Of a stretch of 64,000 nt of DNA, positions 50,066-63,270 are shown one piece after another. The translations under genes and the position numbers were made by a program. Within the stretch, counting starts at the first letter, position 1, and every line of letters starts with the position of its first letter. The stretch lies in the NCBI GenBank assembly GCA_964188305.1, contig OZ076889.1, one strand, 5' to 3'. The notes under the pieces are model-generated. The model was not told the origin of the DNA. It worked only from the letters and a program-made list of their open reading frames with translations, and did not search any database. The DNA comes from Podarcis bocagei (lineage: Eukaryota).

Positions 50066-53034
50066 TATCAAATTGTTGTAGACGTTGAGACTATCTTTTC
50101 TTTCGTAGGGTTGCTACTAAATTATCTCAATTGGAATTTGAAATAGATTGGGAGTTCTGTTGTTATGAGGGTTCAAATCAGTGTTGCCAAGAGGGTAGGG
50201 AATGGATAGAATTCTACAGGATGTGGTATTAGTGTGTAAAAACAGCCCAGATCCAATGATCCCCAGATGGTGGAGAAGTCAGGCCCAGGCATCTTCACTT
50301 GGTCGCAAGTGGTTGATAGCCAGGTGCAAAATGTGCCTGGCACCTAGCTAATTTCCAGTCCTGGATGGGAGCAGAATGAAATATGTGACAGATAAAAAAT
50401 GAGATGGTCAGTATATATGATGTAAGCCTGATGTAAGCATATCAGACTTGAGTACCTGAAGAATTCATAAGGCATTCTTATCTACTGCTTGGGGGAGCCA
50501 ATATGTAGAAATACAGTGCTCCAGTAGTAGGAACTGAATCCTGTTGTGCTATAATTGGGACTTGTGCAGCTCTTTCTGAAGCTGGGAAATGGTGCTACAA
50601 GGGGGTGGTTCAAGTATGTGCTCTATTGGCATAACCCTTCATCCTGAAGTATGATGTTGGTTTGTAAACAGTTTAGATAGTAAGTGGGGCAGTGCTACAT
50701 CACTGTGCTTAGTTGGAGATACTGCCTTAGGTAAAGTAGAACAACCCTAAACCAGGCTGTGTGGCATACAGATGGTTTTGTTACAGATCCTGATTTATGG
50801 TCTAGAATGTGGAAAAATAACAAAATTTAAATGTTATCCCTTCAGGACTTGAAAATAATGCAAATTCATTGGTGCCAGCATAAAGTTGTTAGGGCTATCC
50901 TGCCCTTTGAGAATTTTCTTCACTCTAAGAACTTTCCAGCCCTGTTTGAACTCATTATAAGCCTTACATTTTGCATTTTCACTTTTGTAGTAGTCTGTGT
51001 TGTGACAGCTTGTTTTTACAGCATTCTGTTCAAAACATGCTTCCTCTTTAAGAAATAGTACCTCTTATGAATAGGCTGGAGGGTTGCAAAGAGATTTTCA
51101 TTGTATCTTGCTACCTTCCTGGGGTTGCTTTTTTTCCTGGACTAGAATAGAACTCTTCTACCACACCAGAGGAAAACAAACCTATTTACAAGACCCTAGA
51201 AGAGGAATAACCAACTTGGTATCCTCCAGATATTGTTGGACTAAACTCCCATCAGCCCCTACCGGAGGTCTAGGTGGGGGGGCATTTAAGGTTGGTCAGG
51301 GGGACGGATGGAGTTGTCTTAGTCTTCCATGCTTGCATCTGGCAAAGATTCACACTCATATAAATGCAATATTCAACTTGGAATGGACATTCAGTGATCA
51401 AATAGTTCCAAATCTCATAGGTAAAATTGCCTTATAGAAGAGTTACTAACCAAATAAAGCATCCTATGGAATTGAATGGGAGGATTCAAACACACCTGTG
51501 CAAGGGCACTTGGATCAAGAGCTAGTGCTGGGACCCTTTCCTGGGGCTGGTGCAGTAGCAGTTACTTAATACCACACTATTTATCTCATATGCCTTGCAC
51601 CCCACAGCTCAATTTGAACTTTTCAGATTCCAAACAGTAGTTCTGATTTGCGGCTGAATTTCTGAATTATATGAGGCCTCTTTTCTCTTCAAATTTTCTG
51701 TTTTAACTTGAAAGAGTTCCATATACTTATTTCCTTTAGAAGCTCTCCTGGAGAGTGTGGGATACAAAACTGTTGACCATAAAAAGTGTGCCTGCTGTCA
51801 GAGAGAGGTAAAGGCACAATCCACCAGCAGGACAATTAGTCTACAGAAAGGGCAAAACACAACTTGTCAGTAAGACCAAACTTTTATGTAGCAAAACAAA
51901 AATGCAACAAGCCCGTGTTCTGCAGCATAAATTACTAAATTAATGTGCATTCTTCCATTGAAGGATTTTGAGTCAAAGTGATAATACAACCAAATACAAC
52001 CATATCTTTTGCTCAGGTGACATAAAGGCCTCATTCATAAAAAAATGCTAAAGCATGGTTTAGCGTTATGAGAATGTGCTTGTGCAAGCATCAGATTCTC
52101 ACCCCCCCCTTCTTCAACGGCTGCAAGAATGAGTTTGGAAGGTTTCACTTATGCTTTTGACTAAATGTGAAAGGGGACGAAACCTCCAACATTATGTGGC
52201 TTCTTGCAAGTTCATTCCAGATCTTCAGTGTGGATAAAGATATATGTATGTGTGCAGGATAAATGCTATGGAACTGGCACATGGATTTACTTTTTCTGAA
52301 GTGGTTGTTCTGAAGTGGTTGTCTGAATCTATTGTAATCATATTGTCAATTTAATAATTTATGTTGAAATCCCCAGAGCAGCTATCTTCAATCCCTTTGA
52401 TAATGGTTCTGATGGAGTTCAACATATTATAAGAGTCGTGGCAGGAGTTCGGAGTACCAAGTGCCAGCAGGAATTTCTAGTTGCAGGGAATGGCAGGATA
52501 CTCCAACAATGCTTTTAGAGTCTCTAGTCAGGGTTAGGTTTACTGCCATATTTTACTGGGAGAATGTGGAGGTAAAAGTGACAGTAAGAGTATTAATGTT
52601 TAAAGAATACTGTCATAGAACACCTCTTGAAAAAGGAGGTATCTTCAAGTTCCTTGGTGTAGTATGTCTGTTAATAACATGGAATGCAGGAGGTGAAAAC
52701 AAAACAGACTTGCTTTTCCTGTTCAGATTAGTTCTTCTGAAGAGCCTGATGCACCCCTTGAAGAATGTCTTGCCTTTTGTTAAGACAGCTGAGCCAGATG
52801 CTCAACCAGCTGGTGTCCTCACATAGAGGGCCATGATGGAAATGGTTGGACTCTTGGAAAGGTGGATGTTGAAACCAGGTAGCCTGCCCAGGCACTGTTG
52901 ATGAGAAATTCTCCCCCATTGCTCTTGGTAATCAGTAGGTCCATTCCCACTTGAGGAAGTCTGATACAGCCTGTACCTCTGGAGTGGTGAGTCAGGCTGC
53001 ATTTCCAGCATAGTGGTGGAGGAGGCGGTTGCCC

Positions 53035-53935
53035 TCCTCTACACACATTCCAGCTTGTCAAGATCCTTCTTAGACTGTGGTGCCCAGAACTGGACACAGT
53101 ACTATACAAGTGGCCTGACCAAGGCAGAATAGAGCAGTAGTGTTACTTCTCTTGATCAGGACACTGTACTTCTTTTGATGCAGCCTAAAATAGCATTAGC
53201 TTTTTGCTTTGCTGCTGCACCACACTGTTTGATCTACAAGCTCCTTTAGTACCCTTGGGTCAGCTATTTCATTTAAATTCATTGAATTCATTTAAAGTAG
53301 CTAGGTGTTACCTTAGCACCTCTTTTTTTATCTTGGGCTTCAACTCCCTTCTTGCATTGTTTATTCTGGTATCACAAGGTTGGGCACGCTTTCCTTTGGG
53401 GTGAAGAAAGAGGCAAAGTAGGTGTTGAGCAGTTCTGCCATGTCTCTGTCACTGAGTAGCATTTTTCCTTCTTCTCCCCACAAGGGATATACTACTTGCT
53501 TATTTCTCCAAACATAGCTGAAGAAACTTTAAAAATTATTTTTAACCTCTCTTGCAAGCCTGAGTTCATTCTGAGCTTTGGCCTGCCTGACCACCAGTCC
53601 CTGCAACTGTTGACTACTCATGTATACTCTTCTTTCATGATTTCTCCTTTCTTCCATAGAATTGTAGAGTTGGAAGGGACCACAAGAGTAATTTCTTATA
53701 CATGCTCTTCTTACATCTCAGCTCATCTGTAAGCTTCATATGCAGCCATACAGTTTCTTTGGATGCTTACTTGTTGGGATTGTCTGCCTTTGTGCCTTCA
53801 GTATGACGCCTTTAAGAAACTCCCATCCCACTTGGACTTGCTTTTCTTTGAGTATTTCTGACCATGGGACTTGACCCAGTAGTTCCTTAAGCTTTTTCCT
53901 TTGCCTGTGTATAATGAAGCTCAAGAGGACATGAT
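53035..53935 (-). mobile_element. Fragmented CR1 LINE ORF2
   Basis: Reverse translation gives LYSALVRP...YCVQFWAPQSKKDLDKLECV and KLKELLGQVPWSEILKEK...WEFLKGVILKAQRQTIP. Confidence 0.85.
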
Positions 53936-54106
53936 GACTCCATAAGTATAGAGAGAAGATTAGCAAAAAAAGAGAGAGATTTCTTATAGGAACTTAACCC
54001 CCCCCCCATCAACAGCATTCTTTTGTAGCAAGATTGTATTCTGAAGTTGGGCAACCATATAGTGAAATAATGTATATATGCAAGTACTCTGTTTCCCCCC
54101 ATGTAG

Positions 54107-54217
54107 GTGCTGTTAGTGAGCAGTAGTCGTCATCCAGATAGATGGATTGTCCCAGGTGGTGGTATGGAGCCTGAAGAGGAGCCTAGTGTGGCTGCAGTGC
54201 GGGAAGTTTGTGAAGAG
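54107..54217 (+). CDS. NUDT3: NUDT3 exon 2 (111 nt; most of the Nudix box)
   Basis: VLLVSSSRHPDRWIVPGGGMEPEEEPSVAAVREVCEE; AG/GT boundaries. Confidence 0.99.
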
Positions 54218-55004
54218 GTAAATCTCCAAAACTTGCTTCGGACCTAAGCTGTTCGTGCTGCTTATCAATTTCTTACTATGTTTCCTTGGTCTTCTCAAAA
54301 CAGTCCCTCTATTGAAACAAATCTCTAACCAATTAATAGTGTTATGGTTTTATTAACTTTTTATGAACAAAACTCATTGTTAGTTCCATCTGTGAGTTGA
54401 GATGGATACTGCTGTAGAATTTGCCCCAGTACTCATAACTATAATAGTTATTATGATGCAGGGCAGGGATTTTCGAATACTTCACTGAGTGCCTCTTTCA
54501 ACAGATTGTTAATAGTATTGCCAGTTGACTTCAGGCACTGGGGTCTAGAGTTCGTATATGTAGATATGTACTATCTCTTGGTGATGTTGCTTTGAGAGGG
54601 TGTGGTGTGAAACACCAGATTACATGCATACATATGTGCATTTAACCCCTTGTTTTCTTGGCCCAAATTTTCTCTCACCCCTCCCCTCCCCTGCTGGTTT
54701 TAAACACTTCATGATGTCCCTTCTCAAAGCCGCTTAACTCACCCTGGGGGACGGATAGCAGCTTTGGGGGCAATTGTAATCATGAAAATTACATGAGGAA
54801 AGGATTAAACATCCTCTACCCTAGTGCTGCTATCAGAAGCCAATCCTCTCTCCCGACCCTCCCAGCTGTTTTTAAGCTTTGGATCTTCCATAAGCTTTTT
54901 CCGTCATAGACCTTCTACACCATGTGTAATTTGGCCCAGACTGAAATATTGAGCTGTAACTTAGAACATTAAATCTTTCTTTCCTGTCTTTGAATTTCTC
55001 ACAG

Positions 55005-55049
55005 GCTGGAGTGAAAGGGACATTAGGAAGATTAGTAGGAATTTTTGAG
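55005..55049 (+). CDS. NUDT3: NUDT3 exon 3 (45 nt)
   Basis: AGVKGTLGRLVGIFE; AG/GT boundaries. Confidence 0.99.
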
Positions 55050-55882
55050 GTAAGTATAAGCATTTTGAAGAGTTGATTAACACTTTTCTCAATGGCCCTG
55101 TTCACACATCCCTGTAAGCTACAAACAGTGCTTGGAATGAACTCCTTTGGTTTGGCAAAGTTCACTGAAAGTAGTTCCTATAATTGCTAGGTGAAGTGAA
55201 CATGAATTAAAAGTTGCTTTGCAAAGGAACTCTAGTTCAAGTTTGTTCTCTTATCTGTGTTTTTGACTCTTTAGACCAGGGATGCAAAACTACTTACAGA
55301 AGGATAAATTATAACAGGGTTCCTACCAATGCCAGTCAGCTGATGACTGCTGTCAGTGAGTCCCACTTACCAAGGGACAATCAGAAGCTGGCTATGTCTT
55401 TACCTGCCCCATAACCCAGTGTCATATATGATGTTTGATGTCAGGTGTGGGACAGGTGGGTGTGATTTGAAGTCCTAGTGGGCTGGAGGTTCCCCTCCAT
55501 CATCACTTATGCCTTACTTTCACTTGCAGATGCAGCCATTGTGGTATCATGCATGTTACATGATTGAATTTTGAAAACATAGAGCATCCACTGAGACAGA
55601 TTGTTCAATTTCCCTATGTTTTGTAGGTTTCTCAAGACTGAGGAGCTAGAAAACAGTAACGTTTGGCAAGATGTCAGGGCAAAACTAGTAAAAATTATGT
55701 TGGAAATGTTTTGAATTGTTTTGTGTTGTAACTACTTTTGAATCTTCATCATTTATCTTGGTAGGGCTTTGCTGTTGGTGGAAATGTTTTAACAATATAC
55801 CTATCCCCACTTTCCTTAAGAATAAATTTTTGCAGGTGTTATGAACCTTGGAACCTAACTTTAATGTTGCTCCTCCTTTTAG

Positions 55883-55967
55883 AACCAGGACAGAAAACAC
55901 AGAACATATGTTTACGTACTTATTGTCACAGAAGTATTGGAAGACTGGGAGGACTCTGTGAATATTG
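55883..55967 (+). CDS. NUDT3: NUDT3 exon 4 (85 nt)
   Basis: NQDRKHRTYVYVLIVTEVLEDWEDSVNI(G); AG/GT boundaries. Confidence 0.99.
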
Positions 55968-57802
55968 GTGAGACACTTACATTCATCTGTATTCCTGATT
56001 CTCTGTAGGATTGTAATAGCAGAATCATCTTCTCTGTATTAGATTCAGCATTATATCAGGTGTGGAGACTGCAATCCTCTCACCCTTTCTTTTTGGCCCC
56101 CAGGCCACACTTTTCACTAGCCCTGCTTCACACCCTCCTTTACTGCTTTTGCCTGGCATCTTGAACTCTGGTAGATGTTGCTTAACCGGATGAATGTAGG
56201 GGTGTGGGTGTGTGTAGCAACCTCTGATTTTTGTGTGCCTGGAATGCAGCCAAAGAATCACATTTGATTCTCTGTCCACCTACTGTTTTTTTTTTTTAAA
56301 GTAGAAAAGGACAACCATCAGCATACAGCTGCCAAAATACTTGTGACTTGTCAGCTCTTGTCAGACTCCTTAATTCCAGCTTCCTTTAAAAAAAGACAGA
56401 TAAAGAATTCTAGTACTGATGATTTCAAAGAGAATTTGATTTAAAGAGCTGAACAGTCACAAAGAGGGCTAAAAAGCAGATTTTGGAAGTGGAAGAGTCT
56501 TAACTATCTGTTTCCATTATTATTATTTTTTTGCAGTATCACTGATTTTTTAATTTTAGTTTTTCCATGTTTAGCATGTGTTTTGAAAAGGAAATTTACT
56601 TTAAAAAGGGGGGGAAGGAAATTTACTAATTGCCCCTCCTATATCAGTCTTAAATCGTTGCAAAATTCATATTAATGTATTATTCTTTTCATCCAGTGCT
56701 TCTTCATGCCCATGTTTTGATTCACTTTTCTGTATGACGTTATATATCCTGTAGAATAGCATATTACTTAGAAAATTGCTTCTTACCAAATTTATTTCCC
56801 AGCTTCAAACTAACCACAGTCCTAACCTTGTTTACTTAGATGTAAATCCTATTGAAATCAGTGGGGCTTATTCTCAGATAAGTGGAATTAGGATTGCTGC
56901 CTAAATTATTTACAGAATGGAAAGAGATGCATATATCTCTCAATGAACTTCACAGGCAACACAGTGATGCACAGTTTTGCCTATAACTTTCCTTCTCCCA
57001 TTGATTTTCTCTAAGAAAAGTGAGCAGCTGCATTCTGTTAGTCTCAGGAGCTTCCTTACTAAATGCACTATTTTCCAGCTCATTCTCCTTTAGAAGAAAC
57101 AAGTGAGATCTTGGGTTTTTAAAAATTTTTGGAAAATATTTGTTAAACTAAAGATTTGCTGTTGTAATGTACTGTAGGGCTGAAGAACCTTCCTCCTCCA
57201 AGCGCCACATTCCTTTGGAGAGCTGGTTATTGGGGACAGCATATTGGCATGACTGGGGCTAAAGCCCAAAGTACACTACCAAAGGATATACATCCCATTC
57301 TCTTACCTTGCTTTTGGGCTTCCCATAAGCATCTGGTTGCCACTGTGAAAACACAGTGCTAGAGTAGATGGGCCATTGGCCTGAACTAGCAGACTCTTCT
57401 CGTGTTCCTCCCATACATGTGCTGATCTGCTGGTAGGAGGGATACCGCTCAAAGGTGGGGAAAGGAGAACCTGAAGAGGGTATGAGGTTCTAGGGAGAGG
57501 CTGGTGGGATGGTTGGGAAGGCCTAGCATGCAAAATTGAGCCCACAGGCTAGAGGTTGGTCCATGTCCCCCCCCCCCCGTGTTGTATTGTGTGAAGTTAA
57601 TTATTACAATTGTATATTGAAGAAGTGAACATTCAGTGAGTCATCGTATCATAGGTGCCATTGAATTACTGTGTGCTATTGCAGTGCATTTGCAGTAGGA
57701 ATAGGCATACTATATGTCTGTGGAAATTATCTATAGAAGGAACTATAAAATCATCAATTGTTTTGCTGTGTTACTAATTTCCCCCTCCCTCTATTTCTAC
57801 AG

Positions 57803-57975
57803 GAAGGAAACGGAAATGGTTTCAGATAGATGACGCCATAAAAGTTCTGCAGTATCACAAACCTGTGCAGGCTTCATATTTTGAAACCTTGAGGCAAGGC
57901 TATTTGGCTAACAATGGCACTCCTGTTGTGACCACATCATTCTCAAAGGAGAGTGAACTGTCCGACATCAGATGA
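57803..57975 (+). CDS. NUDT3: NUDT3 exon 5 coding part (173 nt)
   Basis: RKRKWFQIDDAIKVLQYHKPVQASYFETLRQGYLANNGTPVVTTSFSKESELSDIR*; total 513 nt = 170 aa plus stop. Confidence 0.98.
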
Positions 57976-60900
57976 CTGAAGATGGTCTTTTGAGAGAAAC
58001 AGATTTTGAAAAGTAGACTGAAACTTGGATTTCCTTTTCTCCCCTCTTCTTGCCTCTTTCACATGCTTCCTCTTGTCAGACATGACATCAGCGGCAGCCT
58101 TTGGCAGAGCAAATATTTGAGTGTTGCATTCTAGTGCAAAGTGGGGTTTTCTTGCTTTTTCTTGGATATGTATTTTGTAAAACACATATTGTGCATGAAG
58201 TGCCCCTTCCCTATTAACACAGTTTTGACAACCTGAAAGTCAAGGCTACTAGCTTCACCTCTGCCTTGTCTTCTGAAATGCCCCTGTGTATGTTGTCCCA
58301 GCCATAGCTAGGCCTCTTTATCCTTTCAGTTAAAGAAGGCTGAAATGTGAGCTCAGTTCTTTTAAGTCTTAGATTTTGTACAGTAAGGTGCTGTTGAGAT
58401 CTGTGTGGTGGTCACTTTCTCAGCGCATGCGTGTAACCTTTTTTTAGATGGAGAAGCCTAACACTTTGATTTTGCGGGATTATTATTTTTTTTAAATGAG
58501 CTGCTTCTGTAAAGGAGGGCTTCATAATCTTGTTTGCCTTTTGTTTTTTTAAAGAAACTTATTTTGTGACAGTGCTAGTGGCTGGGCCGGTTTGACTCCC
58601 TGAACCCCACTCCCTTGCCCAAATTTAGAACAGTGACACTTAGAGGAGGTGGCCAAGTTACAATACCCTGCAAGGCATTCTTGGTGCTCCGTTCTTTCTA
58701 CAGGTTCAGTCAATATGTTGATCATCTTAACAATGAACAGAAACGCAAGGAATTGGCCACTCACTCAACAGCACACGGCCTCAGAAACTAAATGAATTCC
58801 AGCCTCAATAAATAGGAATCAGGGATTCAAAACGAGTTTAAAAACTAGTGAACTGAAGCATCGAGCCACTGATGCTGTCTGCTGGTGTGGAATTCTTTCT
58901 CTTCCTGCTGCATACTGCTGATATCTCTTCTTGTCCACATGCCTTACACCCTACTAAACTGGATGTTGTAATTTGTGCTACAACATTGGATTGTACTTTT
59001 GAGTGTCACTGCATGGTGGGACAGTTGCATTATGTCCCTGAAAAGAAGTCACAGGGAAAAGCTTCAGGTGTTCAATCTCCTTTGTAGCATTGCAGCACTT
59101 GTAAATGCACCACGGAGCATGCTCAAATGTAAACTTTATCCCTCAGTGGCAAAGGTACAACTGGCTCCCAAGCAGAAATGCTGATGTGGAGAACTGTGTC
59201 ATTTAATAGGATACCTAACCTGATACATTGGCACATGTCACATGTCACATGTTTGTTTCTATTGATGTATGTTTCATGCTGTCTTGATTTGCCAACAGTG
59301 TTGTCTAGTTGGGAGATTTTGGAAAGGGTTGTGGGAGGGGGTGGGCCTGGGGAAGGTTTGGGGAGGGGCATTAGTTAATCCCTGGCTTGGGACAGGACCT
59401 AGTTGCTGTATTTGGTGACTTCTTCTTTGTCAGATTATAGCCAAGATGTGAAATTAAACCTGCAGTACTCTTATTTAATTTATCATTATCTCTTCCCATT
59501 ATATACTTAACAACATAAAAAATATATGAAATAGTCATGCAGCATGAAGTAAAAGTATACTTTCTACTTTGGAAAGTTGCTGTCAAATTTGAGATACAAT
59601 TCTGTTTATTTGCTTGAGTTCCCTATTTTTAGTGAATGGGATAGCATTCCATAGTGTGGGATCACAATGGCAAAAGTGAAGCCAGTGATCACTAATGCCA
59701 AAAGTTTTTACACAGGAGAAGGCTGAGAGGCATTATTCAATGAGTGGCTTAAACGTGAATGTCTAGAAAAAATCTGAAATTATGCTGTGCCACTTCGCTG
59801 CCCTTCATCTTAAAAAACAATAAAAATTTAATTCAAAGGGCTTGCCTAGTGTCTAGAAGTGTACAATATAATTTCTCGTACTACGCTATATGTGGCACTT
59901 TCCAATATAGCAAACTGTTGCCTTCAGCTAAGGCGTTTTGTGTCTCATTGAATAGATTAGGCATGAAAGATTGAAAGAGAACTGAGATGCCTGTAAGGGT
60001 GACTGCAGTTTTAATATCTACAGCATGCACACTTTTATAAATAAATAAAAAAACACTCTAAAATGTTTTTATAGGGCTGTTAAACTGACAGTTTAGAATA
60101 GAATATCGTTAATGATTTGCTAACAGCATTTTTTTTTGGGGGGGGGTGTCCAGGAAAAATAAATTGTGCCAAGAAAGTAGTTTAATGTGGGATGGATTTA
60201 TGCTGTTAATTCAACTGCAGTGAGTGGCTGATGTTTGCCTTCTTAACTGGAAATGGAAGATGCAGCTCCTGAGGTTCAAATAGTCTGGAATTCTTCACCA
60301 GTTGTGTATTTTAACCCAGTCCTTGCTCCAGCTTATTAAGCCTCACCTTTTCACCTTCTATTAATGCACTATAGAGATAAGTCTACAGCTTTCCCAGTAT
60401 CTCAGGGTATTCTGTAATTAACAATTCATGAAACTTCCTTAGCAAGATAAATGAAAATGTCACCACATCAACTCACCTTTTCAGAGCATTTCTAATTACA
60501 CTGGAACATTCTGCATTGGCAAACAATGCATCTAACATAGGGTAAGTTATGGGGTGTTTAGATTCAAGCACAACAGTACTAAGAAGGTAGACTGATCCTC
60601 CGTTAAGAGTTAAGAAGTCTTAATTTAGACTTCCTGCTGTGCTTTACCATAAAAATGCAGCTTTCTTTGGTCTCTAAATTCAAAAAGCTTTTAGATTTAT
60701 AGACTGTATTCAGGTACTGCTGAAAAGGGAGGTGAAAATGCTTAAGAATTATTTCCTTCCAATAAGCTTTAGATTTAAATTGAGGCTGAGCATCCAACAT
60801 CCTGAAGACTGCATCTGCCCCTCCACCTAACCACCTGTGCATCCCATAGACCTTGGGAACCCCAGCTTTTATTTTATATGTAAATTTCTAGTCTTTAACA

Positions 60901-62800
60901 GTTGCAGAGAGGAGGTTAAATCTTTGATTGCAAAAATAATTGCTGAACTTGTGCACTTGAGTCAGACAAATGCTGGTACATCATGAGCAGTGTGATAGAT
61001 CTGTTGATATATATTTACAAATAATTTGTTCTAAGTCCAGATTTAATGCCAGTGCTTAGTGTATTGTTCCTCATTTAGGTGAGGTCTATGTTGGTTTTTG
61101 CATTGAAGCAGCCCTACTTAAATCAGGGTTCTTTCTTGCTGCTTAAAACTAGTTTTGGCAGCAAGTTTGCAAGTAACTGCTGGGTAATCTTCATGAAGCT
61201 GAAGCACGGTAGCATTGTGAGTGAATGTACAACCTCTGGTGTTTTTCCAGTATGGAGAGAGATGGATTTTCTTTGCTGGGAGGACAAAACCAGCTTCAGG
61301 CTCTCTGCAGTTTTATCTGTCATCCTGTTGCGAAAAACGCAATAGTGCTTTTCTAATGACATCCCTTCTGTGTTTCAGTGTCATAGATTAGAAAGTGTGT
61401 GATGTAGAGTAAATAGAATATGCTGGAGTGTTTTGATGTATCTAATTAATATTTTTGGGTTTAACCTTGAATTAGCTCCCATTAGATCCTCTTGAAAATA
61501 GGAAAAAAGAAATCTTTGTATGAAAGTTTGACCTGAAATTACCGTCATTATTTTAGATGCAGCATAGCTCTTATTTCCCGAAAAACTTTATACTTGTTGT
61601 TAGCCATATTCTTGTAATCACACCCCTCTGTCGCCAACTCTCCTTTTTTCTAAGAAGCCCTCATTTTGTTAACTAGTTTAAAATTTTGCCAATAAAGAAA
61701 TGGAGTGCCATTCTATCCTAGTTAGTGGTTATACTAGAACTTACAAAATAAGAGATTGTTGAGCTGCTTGTGTTCTGGGGGGAAAAACAGCTTAGTTAAT
61801 TCCGAGGCAATTAAAATTTGGCTTACCCAGCCCTCTGAATACCCAGACTTACTTCTCAGCTACCACCTACCCAGCCCCTTCCCTCTCACTTAACCATCAG
61901 TCCCTCAGCCTGACTTGCTTTGCAAGTATGGCAGGTAGCAGCAGTGGGCTGTGGAGTTAGGCAGGGAAGAGATTTCTTCATGTCCCCTTTCTGGCCTGTG
62001 GTGCACTGCACAGCCACAAATAGCTCTGGGGTACAGAGTTTTCCCAAGGGCTGCTGGAAGGGTGGAATGCTTACCTCCCTTCCTTTCCTTAAAGCTGTAG
62101 CTAGCTGCTGCCACCTATATCAACACCATAAAAAGGGCTGAAGGGAAGAGGGATGTTGGGGTGTGCATGTCTGTGGGCAGGTTCAAAAGACAGGAGTTGA
62201 GAGAAATTTGAATTAAAATTTGATCCAGAGAAGAAGTTGGGGGTTGCAATCCTTTTTGTAAATGAGCATTACACAATTTGGAGGATGAGCCTCCTAAACC
62301 TTGTTCTTCCGAGCCAAGAAGTACAAGCTCAGCAAACATAACTTCTTCCAACTTTGGTGTCGTTTTTCATGAAAGTAAGATAATTGATGAAATTTGATTC
62401 AAATTCCTGCTGATTCTGAAATCAGATTCCTTAAAGTGAGTTACTCTTTAAGAATTATAATTGGAGTATGTATTAGTGAAAAATTCCAGGAATCTTGTGT
62501 GGTGGTGACTGAATTCACCTGTTTTCTAACATTAAAAGTGCAACTTGCCTGAAACAGGAAAATAACCATTTAAATCAATATTGCGCATATTTCATAATGC
62601 TTTGTCTGGTTTTACTCATCTGTCAATATGGTTGTATCCAGACACCGGGCGTTGTACTCTTTTGGTGGTGGGGTGGGGGTAGCGTGTGTGCGTGAGAGAG
62701 AGAGATGGCAGTGTTGTGGGCCTGTTTTACACTGGAGTGGTATGTAGGTATGTATGCTTTAATCTCTGTAATAAAGAAGCTGCTTTTGAGTACTATTTGC
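57976..62800 (+). other. NUDT3: Presumptive long NUDT3 3' UTR (end uncertain)
   Basis: No recognisable interspersed repeats; AATAAA at ~58807, 59819, 60040, 60158, 61691 and 62770. Confidence 0.45.
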
Positions 62801-63134
62801 CACTTCTCATGACAACAGATTTTATTAGAACCATTAATACATTTTTTCAGTATGATTGTTTGCTAAGAATGAATGTTGAACTGTCCATGTAGTTTGATTG
62901 GCATTTTAGTCGTTCACATGTATGTTTGGTAAATAATGCAAGTGAGCATTCAACGAATCTTGGTGTAATATCACAGCTACTTGCAAAAGCAAATAACCAC
63001 CTTGAAGGGGTATACCTTTAAAAAACAAAACAAAACCCAGACACACCTCCTACCATCAAAACAGTTTCTCCATGGTAGAATTGTGGAGAAATTTCTGTAC
63101 AGTTCAAGCATGGTTCTCTACTTGTAAATGTAGG

Positions 63135-63270
63135 CAGAGTTTCCCAAACTTGGGTCTTCTACTGTTTTTGAACTACAACTCCCATCATCCTTAGCTAGCA
63201 GGACCAGTGCTCATGAATGATGGGAATTGTAGTCTGAAAACAGCTGGAGACCTAAATATGGGAAACCCTG
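63135..63270. mobile_element. Palindromic hAT MITE (same family as 5469-5604)
   Basis: CAGAGTTTCCCAAACTT / ATATGGGAAACCCTG ends; shared CTACAACTCCCAT...TAGCTAGCAGGACCAGTG core. Confidence 0.8.

Noticed and set aside
52727-52878. Possible cryptic stop-containing exon in NUDT3 intron 1
   Set aside because: The acceptor is plausible but the donor (CAG|GTAGCC) is weak, and nothing else supports it
57973-57993. NUDT3 stop in a TGA-C context, suggesting read-through
   Set aside because: The context is TGA CTG rather than the strong TGA CTAG; the extension would be only LKMVF before another TGA, with no targeting motif
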